Below are positions 13,194 to 26,333 of a DNA stretch of 64,000 bases, piece by piece. Made by a program: the position numbers and the translations under genes. Position 1 is the first letter of the stretch; every line of letters begins with the position of its first letter. Source of the DNA: the human T2T-CHM13v2.0 reference genome, Homo sapiens; the NCBI RefSeq assembly GCF_009914755.1, contig NC_060934.1; one strand, given 5' to 3'. Under the pieces are notes generated by a model. It searched no databases, had not been told where the DNA came from, and saw only the letters and a program-made list of their open reading frames with translations.

Positions 13194-13395
13194 CAGTAAG
13201 TCCTCGCTTCACATTGTCAATAGGTTGTTGGAAACTGCAACTTTAAGGAAAACTATATAGAGTAGATCTTCAAATAACATTGTTTCTTGTTTTTATTGTA
13301 ATGTTGGTGAGAAAAAAATGGTTTTGTTATATGTTGTTTCACTTGAAGTTTTCATTTTCAAGAATCTATTGATGATGTTAAATGAGTATTTACTG
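13194..13395. mobile_element. MER6B-like TcMar-Tigger MITE (palindromic)
   Basis: Terminal inverted repeats cagtaagtcctcgctt.../...aaatgagtatttactg followed by TA; long imperfect arms. Confidence 0.75.
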
Positions 13396-13400
13396 TAATT

Positions 13401-14153
13401 ACACACACACACTGTACCCACCACACACACTGCACCCACCACACACACACTGCACACACACACCACACACACTGCACACACACACCACACACACTGAACA
13501 CACACACCACACACCACACACACCACACACACCACACACCACACACACTGAACACACACACCACACACCACACACACCACACACACCACACACCACACAC
13601 ACCACACACCAAACACACACCACACACTACACACACCACACACACTACACACACCATGCACACACACACCGTACACCACACACACAACCACCCCCCCCAC
13701 ACACCACATATCACACACACCACACACCACACACACTGTACACCACACACCACACCACACATACACCACACACCATACACACTGTACACCACACATACAC
13801 ACACACACCACATACACCACACACACACACCATACACCACACACACCACACACACACACCACACACACCGTACACCATACACACACACACGCACACAGCA
13901 TACACCACACACTGTGCACAAACACACCACACACACTGTACACCACACTACACACACACACAGCACACACACACACCGTACACCACACACTCCACACACA
14001 CACCACACACACTGTACACCACACATACACACACACCACACCACACACACAGCAGACACACTGTACACCACACACACCCCAAACACACCACACACACACA
14101 CCACACACCGCGCACACCACACCACACCACACACACACACGCACACACACACA
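13401..14153. repeat. About 750-bp CA-rich low-complexity array (CA/CACAC/CACACCA units)
   Basis: Read directly; source of the spurious Cys/Val and His/Thr ORFs. Confidence 0.95.
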
Positions 14154-14832
14154 CGGAGCAAGATTGTCATTGAAGAGTCTAGCATCCAGTTCAGGGTTCT
14201 TGACCTAGAGTTTTGGGAATAACTCCCCAAACTCCAAGGCTTTCTGGTCTTCCTTAAATTGTATATAAGTTTTTGTGCATTTTATTTTTAAAGAGAGACT
14301 ATACATTTTTTTTTTCAGATTCTTAAAGGAATCCCTGATTCCCAAATGCTTGACCATATGCAGTGGGTGACTTGGGACCCACGTCCTTGATCCGTGGTAC
14401 CAGAACAGCTAGGGACTGTTTTAACCCCAATGTGACAGGCAACAAAACTCACATAAATCATACAAGGGGGGCGACAGGAGGAAAACCCTTTCTTTGACAG
14501 TAATTTCTGACCACCAATCAAAGTTTGCTTGTCTTACATCAAATCTTGGGTATTCAAACTCGAATTTGCAGACCTCTAGTCGGCTTCAGTCATCAGGGTT
14601 GAAAATTTCTGCAATATGGTGGAGAAAGCATGACCTTGGAATCTGAAGAGTCTGCGGTCTGATCCTAGCACTCCAGCCCCCAACCATGTGCTATTCTGTA
14701 ACTTAACCTCTGTTGCTCCCCTTCTCCCTGACATCTCAGCCTCTCAGCTCACCTGTCTATAAAACAGGATAAAAATACCTACCTCACAGACTTATTGCAA
14801 ACACTAAAGCAATTAGATACTTTAAACGTCTA

Positions 14833-15128
14833 GGCCGGTCACGGTGGCTCATGCCTGTAATCTTAGCACTTTGGGAGGCTGAGGCGGGTAGATCACCTGA
14901 GGTCAGGAGTTCAAGACCACCCTGGCCAACACCATGAAACCCCGTCTCTACTAAAAATACAAAATTAGCTGGGCATGGTGGCACATGCCTGTAATCCCAG
15001 CTACTTGGGAGGCTGAGGCAGGAGAATCGCCTCAACCAGGAGGCGGAAGTTGCAGTGAGTCGAGATCCTGCCATTGCATTCCAGCCTGGGCGACAGAGTG
15101 AGACTCTGTTTCAAAAAAGAAAAAAAGA
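14833..15128 (+). mobile_element. AluS (Sq/Sx/Sz-like), inserted in a MIR (about 14615-15200)
   Basis: Full dimer with A tail; TSD aacgtcta/aatgtcta. Confidence 0.92.
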
Positions 15129-15794
15129 ATGTCTAGAACAGCACTTGGTAGGTGCTTAGACTGCCTTGCACATAGTAGGTATTCAGCAGATATTTGTTCC
15201 GGTTTCTCTATCCCCACCCAGTCCCCTTTGTTTTTTCATATATGTGGCACCTAGAGAGAATACTTTGTAATTCATTCCCAAGGTTGTTTTCCTTCCCTTG
15301 TTTTTTCTGAAAAAAACAAAAAACAAAAAAACAAAAAAAAACCCACCTCAGGATTGATAAAAGCAAAGAGTTGCTCAATGGCAAATCTGTCACGTACCTC
15401 TTTATTTCTCTGGCTTTTGGATAAAGCAAGAAGAGGCAACTACAGAAAAAAATGCAGAATAAAACTGCCCTGGTGTTTCATGCAGGGAAAAAAACCGCCC
15501 TGGTGTTTCATGAGTTGTCGTTGTGTGAGGTTTGGCTAATTCAGCAAGACCCCTTTGTTTTTGTTTTTAAACTATCGTATTAAAGCATATTTATTCAAAG
15601 GAGCGCAATCGCACTCAGAGACCCAATTAGCTTGGGAGGTTTATTCAATTTTGTGGCTCAACCATCTTACAAGTTTCTCTTTTGGAAGTGGCTTTGAAGC
15701 CAGCCTGTGAGTTAAGCACTACCATTAACAGTCACACTTCAAACTCACCTGTGTGCGGACTTGGATGGTGTAGTAATCCCTTCAGTGACACTTT

Positions 15795-16090
15795 GGACAC
15801 ACATTTACAGAGCACTGCCTTGGCACCCTGCCTCCAACCAGGTGCTGGAGACACAGCCATGAACAAAACAGAGGTGCAGTCCTGCCTTCCTGGAGCTTGC
15901 AGCCCAGTGGAGGAGACATAGTGCAAGGACTCACAGCAGAACATGCTAAGCTTTGTGATAGAGGAGGTACAGGCCCACGTGGTGCATAGGAGAGGGGCAC
16001 CCTGTCAGGATAGAGAGAGTCAGGGAAGGCTTCCTGGGGGAAGGGACATCTAATGTGAGGCCTAAAGGTTGAGTTGGAGTTAGCTAAATC
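15795..16090 (-). mobile_element. L2 fragment
   Basis: aggtgctggagacacagccatgaacaaaacaga...cagggaaggcttcctgg. Confidence 0.75.
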
Positions 16091-16208
16091 CTGTGATTCC
16101 TGGACCTCTCATTAAGAAGGAGAGTAAAGAGATGCTCAGCAGGCAATGGGATAGCAGGGTCTGAGCTCAGAAGAGTGAGATCTGGGCTGAAGGCAGTGAG
16201 TTGGGCAT

Positions 16209-16578
16209 TGTATTAGTCCATTTTCACATTGCTATAAAAAGCTTCCCAAAACTGGGTAATTTATAAAGGAAAGAGGTTTGACTCACAGTTCTGCATGGCT
16301 GGGGAGGCCTCAGGAAACCTACAATCATGGCAGAAGGCAAAGGGGGAGCGAGAACCTTCTTCGCATGGCAGTAGGAGAGGGAAGACTGAGTGTAGGAGGA
16401 ACTTGCCACATACTTGTAAAACCATCAGATCTCATCAGAACTCACTTACTATCATGAGAACAGCACGGAGGAAACTGCCCCCATGATCCAATCACCTCTC
16501 ACCAGGATCCTCCCTCAATACCTGGAGATTGTAATTCAAGATGAGATTTGGGTGGGGACACAAAGCCAAACCATATCA
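16209..16578 (-). mobile_element. THE1D/MSTA-type MaLR solo LTR
   Basis: TG...CA termini (tgtattagtcc...ccaaaccatatca); 5-bp TSD ggcat/gacat. Confidence 0.9.
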
Positions 16579-18785
16579 GACATCCAAGCACAGAATAGGT
16601 AAACTAGGAAAACCTCTCTGGGAAGGAAGCCTTTCCCAAGAGAGACTCACACCCTGGATCTCCCTAACCCACAGGGGCAGCCCTTACGGTCTGGAGGCTG
16701 GGGCTGCTCTCTCCAAGGCTGGTGGGCAGACTCTTGACCCAGAAAGCTGCTGTTGTCCCTCAACTGCCTTCCCCCCCATCCAGAGGGGATCTGGTTCTCC
16801 CAACCCATTCCATGTAGTGTCCCAGGAAGTGCATCCAAGAGCTTTGAGGCCAGAGGACAGAGCCATTCTAAGTGGCCCACAGCCTTGGCATCGGCCCAGG
16901 GAGCCCCAGTGAGAATCAGGGTCACCTGCAGACACCTGCACAGTCATCTTTGCACCATGCTGTACTTTCTGGGGTTTCAGGTCCATGACATGATGCTATC
17001 TTCTGGGTCACAGGCAAGCAAACACCATGAAGTCAGAGGTACACACAGCTCTCGGGCCTAAGTGGAGGGAAGTACATGCCCTCGCTGTAACAACACGCAC
17101 TGAGCAGAGTCAGCTCTGACCAGGTTCTAGAAACCTTTGCAATCTTGAGATCCTATTCCCACTCTTTAACAGGAAGCATGCTTGTAAAGAGCTTTTGTCT
17201 TGGGGGGAAAGAGGAACAGCCCTCCACACGCCTCCCGACATTCCAAGGTTGGAGAATTAGCCTCCCACAGCTGCTGTCGCAGGAAGCGGGTCGGCCATAT
17301 CCATGTGTAAACAAAGGCAGCGAGACCCCTTTCCTTAGGGCAAAGCCGGCTTCAAGAGACACAGAATTGAAGTGAGGGCAGGTGGAAAATACCGGCCCAG
17401 CATGGGAAGGGAAAGGAAATGCTTTGCTGAGCCATTTCTAGCAAATATGCTACAATCCTAATAAATATGTATTTTAAAAATCACTCTGTGATCAAAATAG
17501 GAGAACTCTTAATGTAATTTATTTTTTAACAAGAGGAGAAGGAGCTCTGCTATTAGACCACACTTCGGGACTTCACTTTTTAAAAGTTAGCCATGAGTGC
17601 ATGTTGCTAGTAAATCGGGATCCCCCACCAGGGGCACTAAGTCATTTCGCATTAGCACCTATTCAGGAAATCTCCAGCTCCCAAGGCCAGTCTTTGACCA
17701 GGGATCACAGCTTTGATTTTGCGCTCCCTTTTGCCTTGGCCCCCTGCTCGAGGCTGTGCACAGCCTGACATGACGTCCTTGTCCATAATAATGACTTCTG
17801 AACTGCTTGGCTGGGGCGCTTTTCCAAAATGGAATCAGGGAATCTCTGACCCCACAGCCTGCTGAGCGCTGCTGTCCTCTGCTCAAGAGTTCACCAGATC
17901 CTCCCTTCAAAATTGGGCCACCACTTTCCATGTCTATCTAATGAGACGCTGTGCCACAGAGAAGAAATTGCAAGTGTATTGCAAAAGGCACCGGGGAAAG
18001 AAAAATGTTTTGGAGCTGTCTCTCTCTATGAGCCACCTATCTTAATTTAAAACTTTTCTAACAAGTATTTGTTTTTCTAGAATATCCAAGTTTATCAGTT
18101 AGAAAATCCAGGCAACACTGTCTCCGACAGTTGAGGATTGGTTTGCCTCCTGCAGCAAGAGCTTGCAAAAGGAATTACTGGTGTAGCTGTTTGAGGAGTG
18201 CACCAGGGACCCAGATCCTCTGTCTTCCTGCTCCTTGGGTCCTGAGTGTGACAAAACAGCCATCACTGTCACGAGACAGCTACAACAATTTCCGCATCTG
18301 GTCCAGACATGCAGGAGGAGAAAGATGGAAGATAAAGAACCAAAATCCATTTCCACAGGAGCCTTGTTTCCCAACATTTTATTTTGCAAATGTTGTATAG
18401 ATACAGCAAAGTTGAAAGTATTTTACAGGAAACATATTTTTTACCCAATGCCAAGGTTCTACTATTAGCATTTTACCGTTCTTGCTTTATCGCATATCTA
18501 TCCATATCTAAGAGTTTGATCAGTCCATGCAGTTGAACAAAACCTATTCTCTCTACCCTACAGGCCGTTACATTGGTAATTATGAATAACATAAGGCAGA
18601 AACCAGGCACTGTGCAGTAAGAAATGATAGCCTAAGGGAGAAAGGAAATACTAGTATGTAGGGGGTCATTAGTGAAGGGGTAAAAGCTCTACACACACAA
18701 CTGCCCATGGACATCCCTATACGATGGCACATATCTATAAATGGTGATTACAGTGATCACTCTGACCTCTTAAAAGGTCTAAATT

Positions 18786-19103
<318 letters not shown>

Positions 19104-19814
19104 TTAAGAGGGCAGAGGCATTTTTAACTCATTTTAGAAACATTTTCATAAAATAGTTGAATAGTTTAAGTGCTATTACATTTAAGATCCCTGGATAACT
19201 CACTTACACGTTTTATTTCATGTCCCAATGATGCAGGGTAAGCCACATTGTGTTGAATGCATCCTATACACAGTATTATAAATGCACTCACTTGTTTACT
19301 CATTAAGTAGAGAGCAGAGAGCTTCCTCTATCCAAAGTGCTGTGAGTTCATGAGAGGCACAGAAAAGGTGATGGAGAATTACAGGAGGGATAGACAACCA
19401 ACTTGAATATCAAGACAGAAATGGCCCTTCTTCCACACCTGCAAAGGCTGCAGCACATCTGATGTGCAGTGATGGGAGGAGGCTCTCCTGGAAGAAATGG
19501 GGAATAGGGGTAGGAAAGGGTAGAAGGTACAGGTAGAGGACAGTGGGGTTTGCTATGGACAGAGGAAAGGTGCTAAGGGGTGGGCTATGACTGATGTAGA
19601 AAGATAAGTGGATGTTCTTGGCAATAAAGCATTTTGACTTTTACTTGTAGACTATGATACATGATTGAAGGTGTGATAGGATCAGAGCCGTGCCTTTAGA
19701 AGTATGTTCTGCAAACAATATGTAGGCTGCATTGGCATAGGGAGAGGTTGGAGACAGTAAGACCCAGGAAGAGGTCAACTGAAATAGTTCAGTTAAGAAT
19801 TAATGAAAGGTCCC

Positions 19815-20320
19815 AAGCAAAGACTTGTACATGAACATTCATAACTGCTTTAGTCGCAATGGCCCCAAACTGCAAACAACCAAATGTCCTACAACAGGAT
19901 AATGGATAAACAAATTGTGTTACATCCACACAGTGGAATACTACTCAGTAATATACAGGAATTAACTACTGGTACATGTAACAACATGTGAGAATCACAA
20001 AATCTTTATGCTGAGTGAAAGAATCCAGACTCCCCCCAAAAGAGCATATATTGTATGATTTCATTTACATAAAATTATAGAAAATGCAAACTAACCTACA
20101 GTGATAAAAAGCAAATCAGGGGTTGCCTGGGGCATTGGAGGGAGGGATGGACTGCAAACAAGGCAAAAAGAATCTTTTGGGGATGATGGAAATATTTTGT
20201 ATCTCAATTGTGGTGGAGATTTTATAGGTGTAGACTTCCATCACAACTAATCAAATTGCACATTTTAAATGGATGCAGTTTAATGTACATGCATCACACC
20301 CCAGTAACGTTTATTTTAAA
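19815..20320 (+). mobile_element. Old L1M 3' end (L1MB/L1ME)
   Basis: caaagacttgtacatgaacattcata...aatggataaacaaattgtg...tatgctgagtgaaagaatccagac. Confidence 0.85.
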
Positions 20321-20329
20321 AACTAAGAG

Positions 20330-21960
20330 AGACTTCTGGATGAAGATGATAGATGGAATTTATCTACCTCCATTCCTTCTATCAGATAATAGTAAAAACA
20401 TTGTTTTTTAAAGGCATGTGTCTCCAAGGGCAGTAAAATGTAAAAGGAGTCATTCGCAGCAAAATTAACAGATGAAGAAAAGAATAGAGCAGATTTGAGA
20501 TGGCCTAATCCTGACAGAACAGGGAGAAAGTCAAGGCCAACCTACCACTCAGGGCGGATGGAATCAGTGCAGGTGAGGTGAGGGCAGCTAAAATAAGGAA
20601 GACTGAAAATCTCCTCCTAAGCACTTAGCATTCTAAGCACTGACATCCTTCCCTACCCCTCTCTGGAGAAGACAAAAGGGAATGTCTACGGACTGAAGGA
20701 CAATAGTCATGGTTGAGGGAGGGGAAAGTATGCCAAAACCAGAGGTGTCAAGAGATTGTCTACCTGTAAGAAGTTTAGATCCTACCTGTTTATTTATTTA
20801 GGTTCCAGAAAGCTGGTAACCAGGCCTCCATCTTCCAAGGGGAGACCAGTAGAGTCTTTGGATAGTTTGATCAGTCTGAAAGGGACAATTTATAATACTG
20901 TCATTAATGTTTTCCCAACTCACAGCCTAGTTAGGTCATCTTACGAAAGAGAAAGCCAAGGGCTTCAGTTCCCCTCCTGTTCCCAGAGCTTTACGTTAGC
21001 ATTTCATCCCTCCACTCTTAAATATGATGAGACAACCAAGCATTATAATATAAAACAGAAAACAAAACAAATGAATATTAAAAAGGAATCTAGTGGAAAC
21101 ATATAGTATGTTAATTAGAAATAAACCTCTAAGAGATAAGATATTACAACCTTGAAACAAGAGCAGATTACTATAAAAAAGGAATATTTTGATTAATAAA
21201 AGAGCTCAAAGAATTTAAAATATAGCAGAAATGCAACCCTCAATTGAAAACTTGGAACACGAATGGAGAATATTCCCTAAGAAATAGAGCAAAAAAATTC
21301 AAGTTGTTCTAGAAAGAGAGGATAATTTTTTTAAAGAAGGCGGATATAGCAATAAAATATTTGAAGAAAGCTTCCCATAGTTGAAAGGCATTAGATGGTA
21401 AATTAAAAGGGCCCACTAAGTACCCAGGACAATGAATGAAAAAGATCTTGTAAAAGTGCATCAACACAAGCTTTCAGAACACAGGAGACAAAGAGAGGAA
21501 ATTACAAGCTTCCAGAGGAAAAAGAGAAAAAAACCAAGAACACATCATACACAGAGAAACAGGAGTCACAACATCTTCAGATTTCTCAATAGCAATATGG
21601 AACCTAGAAAGCAGCAGAGTAAGACTCCAAATTTAGAAGAAAAATTAATTCCAACCTAGAATTCTAAACTCAAGCTGTCAAACAATTACAGGGTGGATTA
21701 AGGCATTTTCAGACGAGATCGGGCACGTTCAGTGTGGTATGGCCATAGATGGATAAGGTATTTTCAATCATGTAAGTGCCAAAAGAACCCCTTCTCCTCT
21801 GTATTCTTTCTTGGGAAGCTCTGGAGGAAGTGACTCACCAAAACAAGAGATTGAGTAGGTGGAAGGTGTGGGATACAGGTGATGAGAGCTCAACATGAGA
21901 GGGAGGGAAAGGAAATTCCTCGAAGATGATGTAGGGAGACCCCAGAATGATACTTTTGCT
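20330..21960 (+). mobile_element. Degenerate ancient L1/HAL1 5'/ORF1-region fragment
   Basis: A-rich decayed ORF1-like sequence (aaagggcccac...ccaacctagaattcta); hosts the 5S insertion. Confidence 0.55.
21709..21750 (-). pseudogene. 3'-truncated (tailless) 5S rRNA retropseudogene, about nt 1-42 of 5S
   Basis: Minus strand ATCTATGGCCATACCACACTGAACGTGCCCGATCTCGTCTGA versus 5S GTCTACGGCCATACCACCCTGAACGCGCCCGATCTCGTCTGA (4 differences, 2 at CpG); flanked by 17-18 nt direct repeats. Confidence 0.9.
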
Positions 21961-22094
21961 CTGCAATTAAGAGTTGTTTTTCCTATTAGGACTTGTAGAC
22001 ACATGGCATCTCTTGTTCATTGAAAGATTTTTTTTACATATAAAAAATAACCTTAACCACTAAGATAGTTTTTAAACATTATTTTGTACAACAG

Positions 22095-22255
22095 AATTAC
22101 CTATAGGCTTACTAAAAATACAAATTCTATTGCTTCCCATTCCAAGAGATTCTGTTTCAGGAGGTCTGGGTGAGATCCCAGGAAAATGCATTTTAATCAG
22201 TTATCTTGGGTGATCCAGTGCAGGTGGGTCATAGACCATGTCTGCAAAACATTAG
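22095..22255. mobile_element. MER5 (hAT-Charlie) fragment
   Basis: gagattctgtttcaggaggtctgggtgagatcccaggaaaatgcattttaa. Confidence 0.7.
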
Positions 22256-22319
22256 TCTAAACAACAGTACCAATAGCTGAGTAATGTAAGCTCAACTGTC
22301 ATTTTTATAATCTGCCAAT

Positions 22320-23120
22320 ATTTACTTTTTAAAATTGAGATATAATTCACATACCATAAAATTCATCATCCTAAAAGTGTGCAGTTCAGTGATCCTCAGT
22401 GTATTCACAGAGTTGTCTAACCATCACCACTGTCCAGAAGATTTCCATCCCCACTAAAAAAAATTCCAGAAGATTTCCATCCCCCTAAAAAAAAAAGAAA
22501 AAGAAAAAAAGCCCTGTACTCATTAGTAATTAAGTCCCCATGCCTGATTCCTCTTCCTCTGGACATTACTTTCTGTCTGTACGCAATTGCCTACTCTGGA
22601 CTGTATAAATAGAATCATTACAATATGTGGCCTTTTGTATCAAGCTTATTTAACTTAGCATAATGTTTTCGAGGTTCATCAATGTTGTCACATACATAAG
22701 CACTTAGTTTGTTTTTATATCTGAATAGTATTCCATTGTATGAATATACTGCACTTTGTGGATCCACTTATCAGTTGACAGACGTTTAAGTTGTTTCCAT
22801 CTTTTGTCTGTTGCAAATAACGCTACAATGCATGTTTATGCACAAGCTTTTGGGTGAACACCTGTTTTCAGTTCTTTTGGTATCTACCCAGGAGTGGAAT
22901 TACTGCGTCATATGGTAACTCTTTAACTTTTTGAGGAACTACCAAACTGTTTTCCACAGTGGCTGCACCATTTTATGGTCCCACTAGCAATATATGAGGG
23001 TTCTAGTATCTTCACATCTTCACCAACACCTGTTATTGTCCATTATTATTATTATTACTATTATTATTAATCATAGTCATTAAAGTGAGTGTGACCTGGT
23101 GTCTCATTGTGTTTTTGATT
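22320..23120 (-). mobile_element. L1MB-type 3' fragment
   Basis: ttgagatataattcacataccataaaattca...tttttgaggaactaccaaactgttttccacagtggctgcacc; contains a small internal duplication at about 22434-22495. Confidence 0.88.
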
Positions 23121-23129
23121 TACGTTTCC

Positions 23130-24900
23130 CTAATGACTTGCCAGGATTTATTCCTGCATATTCCTCATTCCCCCCAACTCCTACTTTTTGTCTGTGCTAT
23201 ATATATATGGTCAGATCATAGAGCTAGTACATATTACAAATGTCCTTTGCTCTTTATTCTCAATTCCACACGTCTCCATGTATAGAGTGCTCACTATCAG
23301 TCATGACCATGTCTGACATGGTCTCCATGGGAACAGAGAGATCACATCAATGTCTCTTCAGTCTGAAGTTCATTCTTTACTAGATTCCTTAGGAAGAGTT
23401 CATGGAATAATTTTCCCTATATATTTGCATGATAATAATAGTTCATGTATGAATTATTTTTGTATCTGAAGATCAGTTTTGATAAATTAAAATCCTTGGC
23501 TCACATTTTCTTGAGTATCTTAAGTATGCCACTCTGTTACTCTATTTTCTTATGACCCAAAGCATTGCCTTGAAATGTCTAACGATAACTAATTTTCTTT
23601 CCCCTTTAAGTTACAGGCTCTTTTGTTAGAGATGCCTTTTTTTTTTTTTTTACCAGCAATTTTACTAGTTTACTGCAATTTGTCTTGGTGTTGGACAAGA
23701 CCCAGTAATTACATTACAGTATGGTTTTGTGTTCATTATTCTGGGTAACATTCTCAGGTACATAGCATGCTTTTTCAACATGTGTTTTCAGATCATTTTC
23801 TTTCTGATTTTTGAAAACATTGCTTGAAGCAGAGTTTTTAGTAGTTGTTCTGTTTCCTTGCATTAGATTTCCTCTTCGGTACTTCTGTTATCTATATTTT
23901 GTCTTCTTTTTTTTTTTTTGAAATTTTTCTCCTTTTCCTTCCCTATTTCTCTTAAAATATTACTTGCCATTTATTTCCTCTTTGTTCCTTCTGGATTACT
24001 CTTCTTCTAAAATTATTTTTCTCTGTAGTTTTTTTCTTGCATTCTGTCGCCTCATTCCTGAGTTTTTCTAATTCTGATTTATGCTGTTCTTTCACAGCCC
24101 ATGTCATTTTCTAATGTCTTTTAGCCTGTTTTGAAGGGGTGCATTATAATTTCTGTGAGCTTTATATTTTTTTCACTGCCTGTAGGAATGTCATTTGGCT
24201 TCTTATTCTCTTTTAACTTTATGTGGCATATTTTTGCTGTTATCTACATGTGACTTTAGTTTTCCTAAACTTGTAGAAGGAAGATTGGCTCAATGAGCTT
24301 TTCTAACTTCACAGGGTTCTGAATATTCTCTCTCTCTTTCTCTTTCTCTCTGTGTGTGCGCGTGTGAGTGAATAAATATGTTGGCTTGCTTTCTGTGAAT
24401 TTCTGGCTGTTTCCCTCTGTAACTGTACCCTGCACCTTCCCTTTCCTTCTTCATCTCTGTTATCCCTAGTCTACTCACTTCATTCTCAGTTTTTAGGAGC
24501 TCTGTGGACTCCATTTTGAGAGTTCACAGGGGCCCGGCTGCTCCAGCCCCTAAAGGTTTTATTGCGGGTGTCTTGCACCCACCCTTTCAGTTTTACCTGT
24601 TCCCAAATTGTGTTGCTCTGCTTCCCCGTGCATATCTGGTGTCTATTCTGAAGCTATCCTGCTCTCCAGCACATACCTGGTGGCTATTTGGAAGTTTTCT
24701 CTGATCTCTCAGATGCCCTGTTGCTTACCTCTGCTTTCTCCTGCAGAGATGCCAATTATAGGCAGGTCTCGAAGTTGTCAAAAAGTTTTCCCCAACCACT
24801 TGAATGTTGGAGTTCATGGTTTGGGTGTCTAGTTGCTATGACTTTTTTTTTCTTTAATGTGGAGATTTGGAGAAATCTAAGAACTATGTTGCCATCATCA
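23130..24900 (-). mobile_element. Degenerate ancient L1/HAL1 fragments
   Basis: T-rich decayed LINE-like sequence. Confidence 0.45.
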
Positions 24901-25429
24901 TCACAATCTTGTGGAGTTCACTAGTTTAATGGGTAAGCAAAGAGCCTAGGGGGAAAAAAGGATAGAATAGGACAGGCACAATTAACAGATTTGTGGATTG
25001 TTTATATATGCCAGCAAATTTAAAACAACAGTCCTCTTGAAAAATTTTTAAAGTGAAGAATTAGTGAGGTTTTATTCAAATCTGTATATTTGGTTTCTCC
25101 TTAAAACAGAAGACCTGGTAATACTGGGCCTCTGTGCCTGGCCTACAAATCCCTACTCCACACATGTTCTCATTTATGTTATTTATGTTATCTGTCTGTT
25201 GCCTGAAGGCTCTGGGGTTAGAACCTCCAGTCTAGAGTAAAAGCCACCATGCCCATGTGATTCAAAGCTCAAGAACTATGAATGAAACACAAATTCTAAA
25301 CAGACATGTTAGCTCATCATAATTTTAAATTCCTCAATTAATTTTACCAAATATATACATATATAAACTTATTTTCTAATAAAGTGTGATTAGAAAGTAA
25401 GGTTGGCTTATCTATGTAAAAAATTAATG

Positions 25430-25730
25430 AGTGCTACTGTCACACACAACGTGAGTATATCTCACAAGCATAAGATGAACAAAAGAAGCTTGACACAAAA
25501 GGATCTCAGATTTCAAGATTTCATTGATATGAAGCATAAGAACAGGCAAAACCCTCTAGGATCAGAATGGTGGTTACCTCTGGGTGGAGGTGGTGATTGA
25601 CTGGGAAGAGATATTAGAAATATCTTGATCCAGGAAGAGGTGGTTTCATGGGAATTACCTATAAATTCATCAAGCTAAGCACTTAAGATTGATTACTTTT
25701 GCTGTATATATATTAAAACTCAATAAAAAT
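25430..25730 (+). mobile_element. L1ME-type 3' end
   Basis: tggtggttacctctggg...aaattcatcaagct...ctcaataaaa. Confidence 0.65.
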
Positions 25731-26309
25731 TTTTGACTGTCATTTTAAAACCATGCTACAAATATGTACTATGTACATCAATTGGAGGTGGCACAAGAAG
25801 GCATCAGTAAGGAGCCTCCACATGGCCACCACCACCAACTTGAAAATACGTTAGTCTCAGAGGATTAAATTCCAATTATGTGCCTAAAAGATGGGAGCAC
25901 AGAAAAGCAAAGTCACTTTAGAGAGGCCCAGAAGACATGAATCTGATGGAATGTATTGACATGGAAAAAGGAGGAAGGTACCCATCAGAATGGTGGTGCT
26001 GGTGCCGGGTGGGTCGACGGGCAAGGGGTCTGCTGAAGTTTAGAAAAGGAAGTCATCATGGCTAAAGATAGCTGACTGCGATTTTGGGCCTCTTAAGTCA
26101 TTTTCTTAATAAGAGGAGACTGCTAATCCATGGATGAAAGAGTCCAGTTCCCTGCAGAGTTTTGTGTCTTCTTGTAAATTAATCAATTAGCATCGTGTTT
26201 ACATAAATTGGGCTCTTGTAAGTAAAGTCAGCACAAGTCAGCTTCACTGCATGGGAATACCTCTGAAACGCTGGCAAGGCCAGGTGGCTGGGTCTGCACA
26301 ACTGGGGGC

Positions 26310-26333
26310 CAGACTCAGACTCAGACTCAGACT
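26310..26333. repeat. (CAGACT)4 hexamer repeat
   Basis: Read directly. Confidence 0.9.

Noticed and set aside
13401-14153. Possible CRISPR-like or telomeric array
   Set aside because: No constant repeat with unique spacers and no TTAGGG; this is simple low-complexity eukaryotic sequence.
13293-14230. Longest ORFs in the window (Cys/Val-rich and His/Thr-rich, up to 290 aa), resembling metallothionein or keratin-associated proteins
   Set aside because: Open on both strands and in several frames only because CA/TG repeats lack stop codons.
17622-17640. CTCF-like CCACCAGGGGCAC
   Set aside because: One G short of the core register (CCASYAGRKGGCRS); not supportable without ChIP data.
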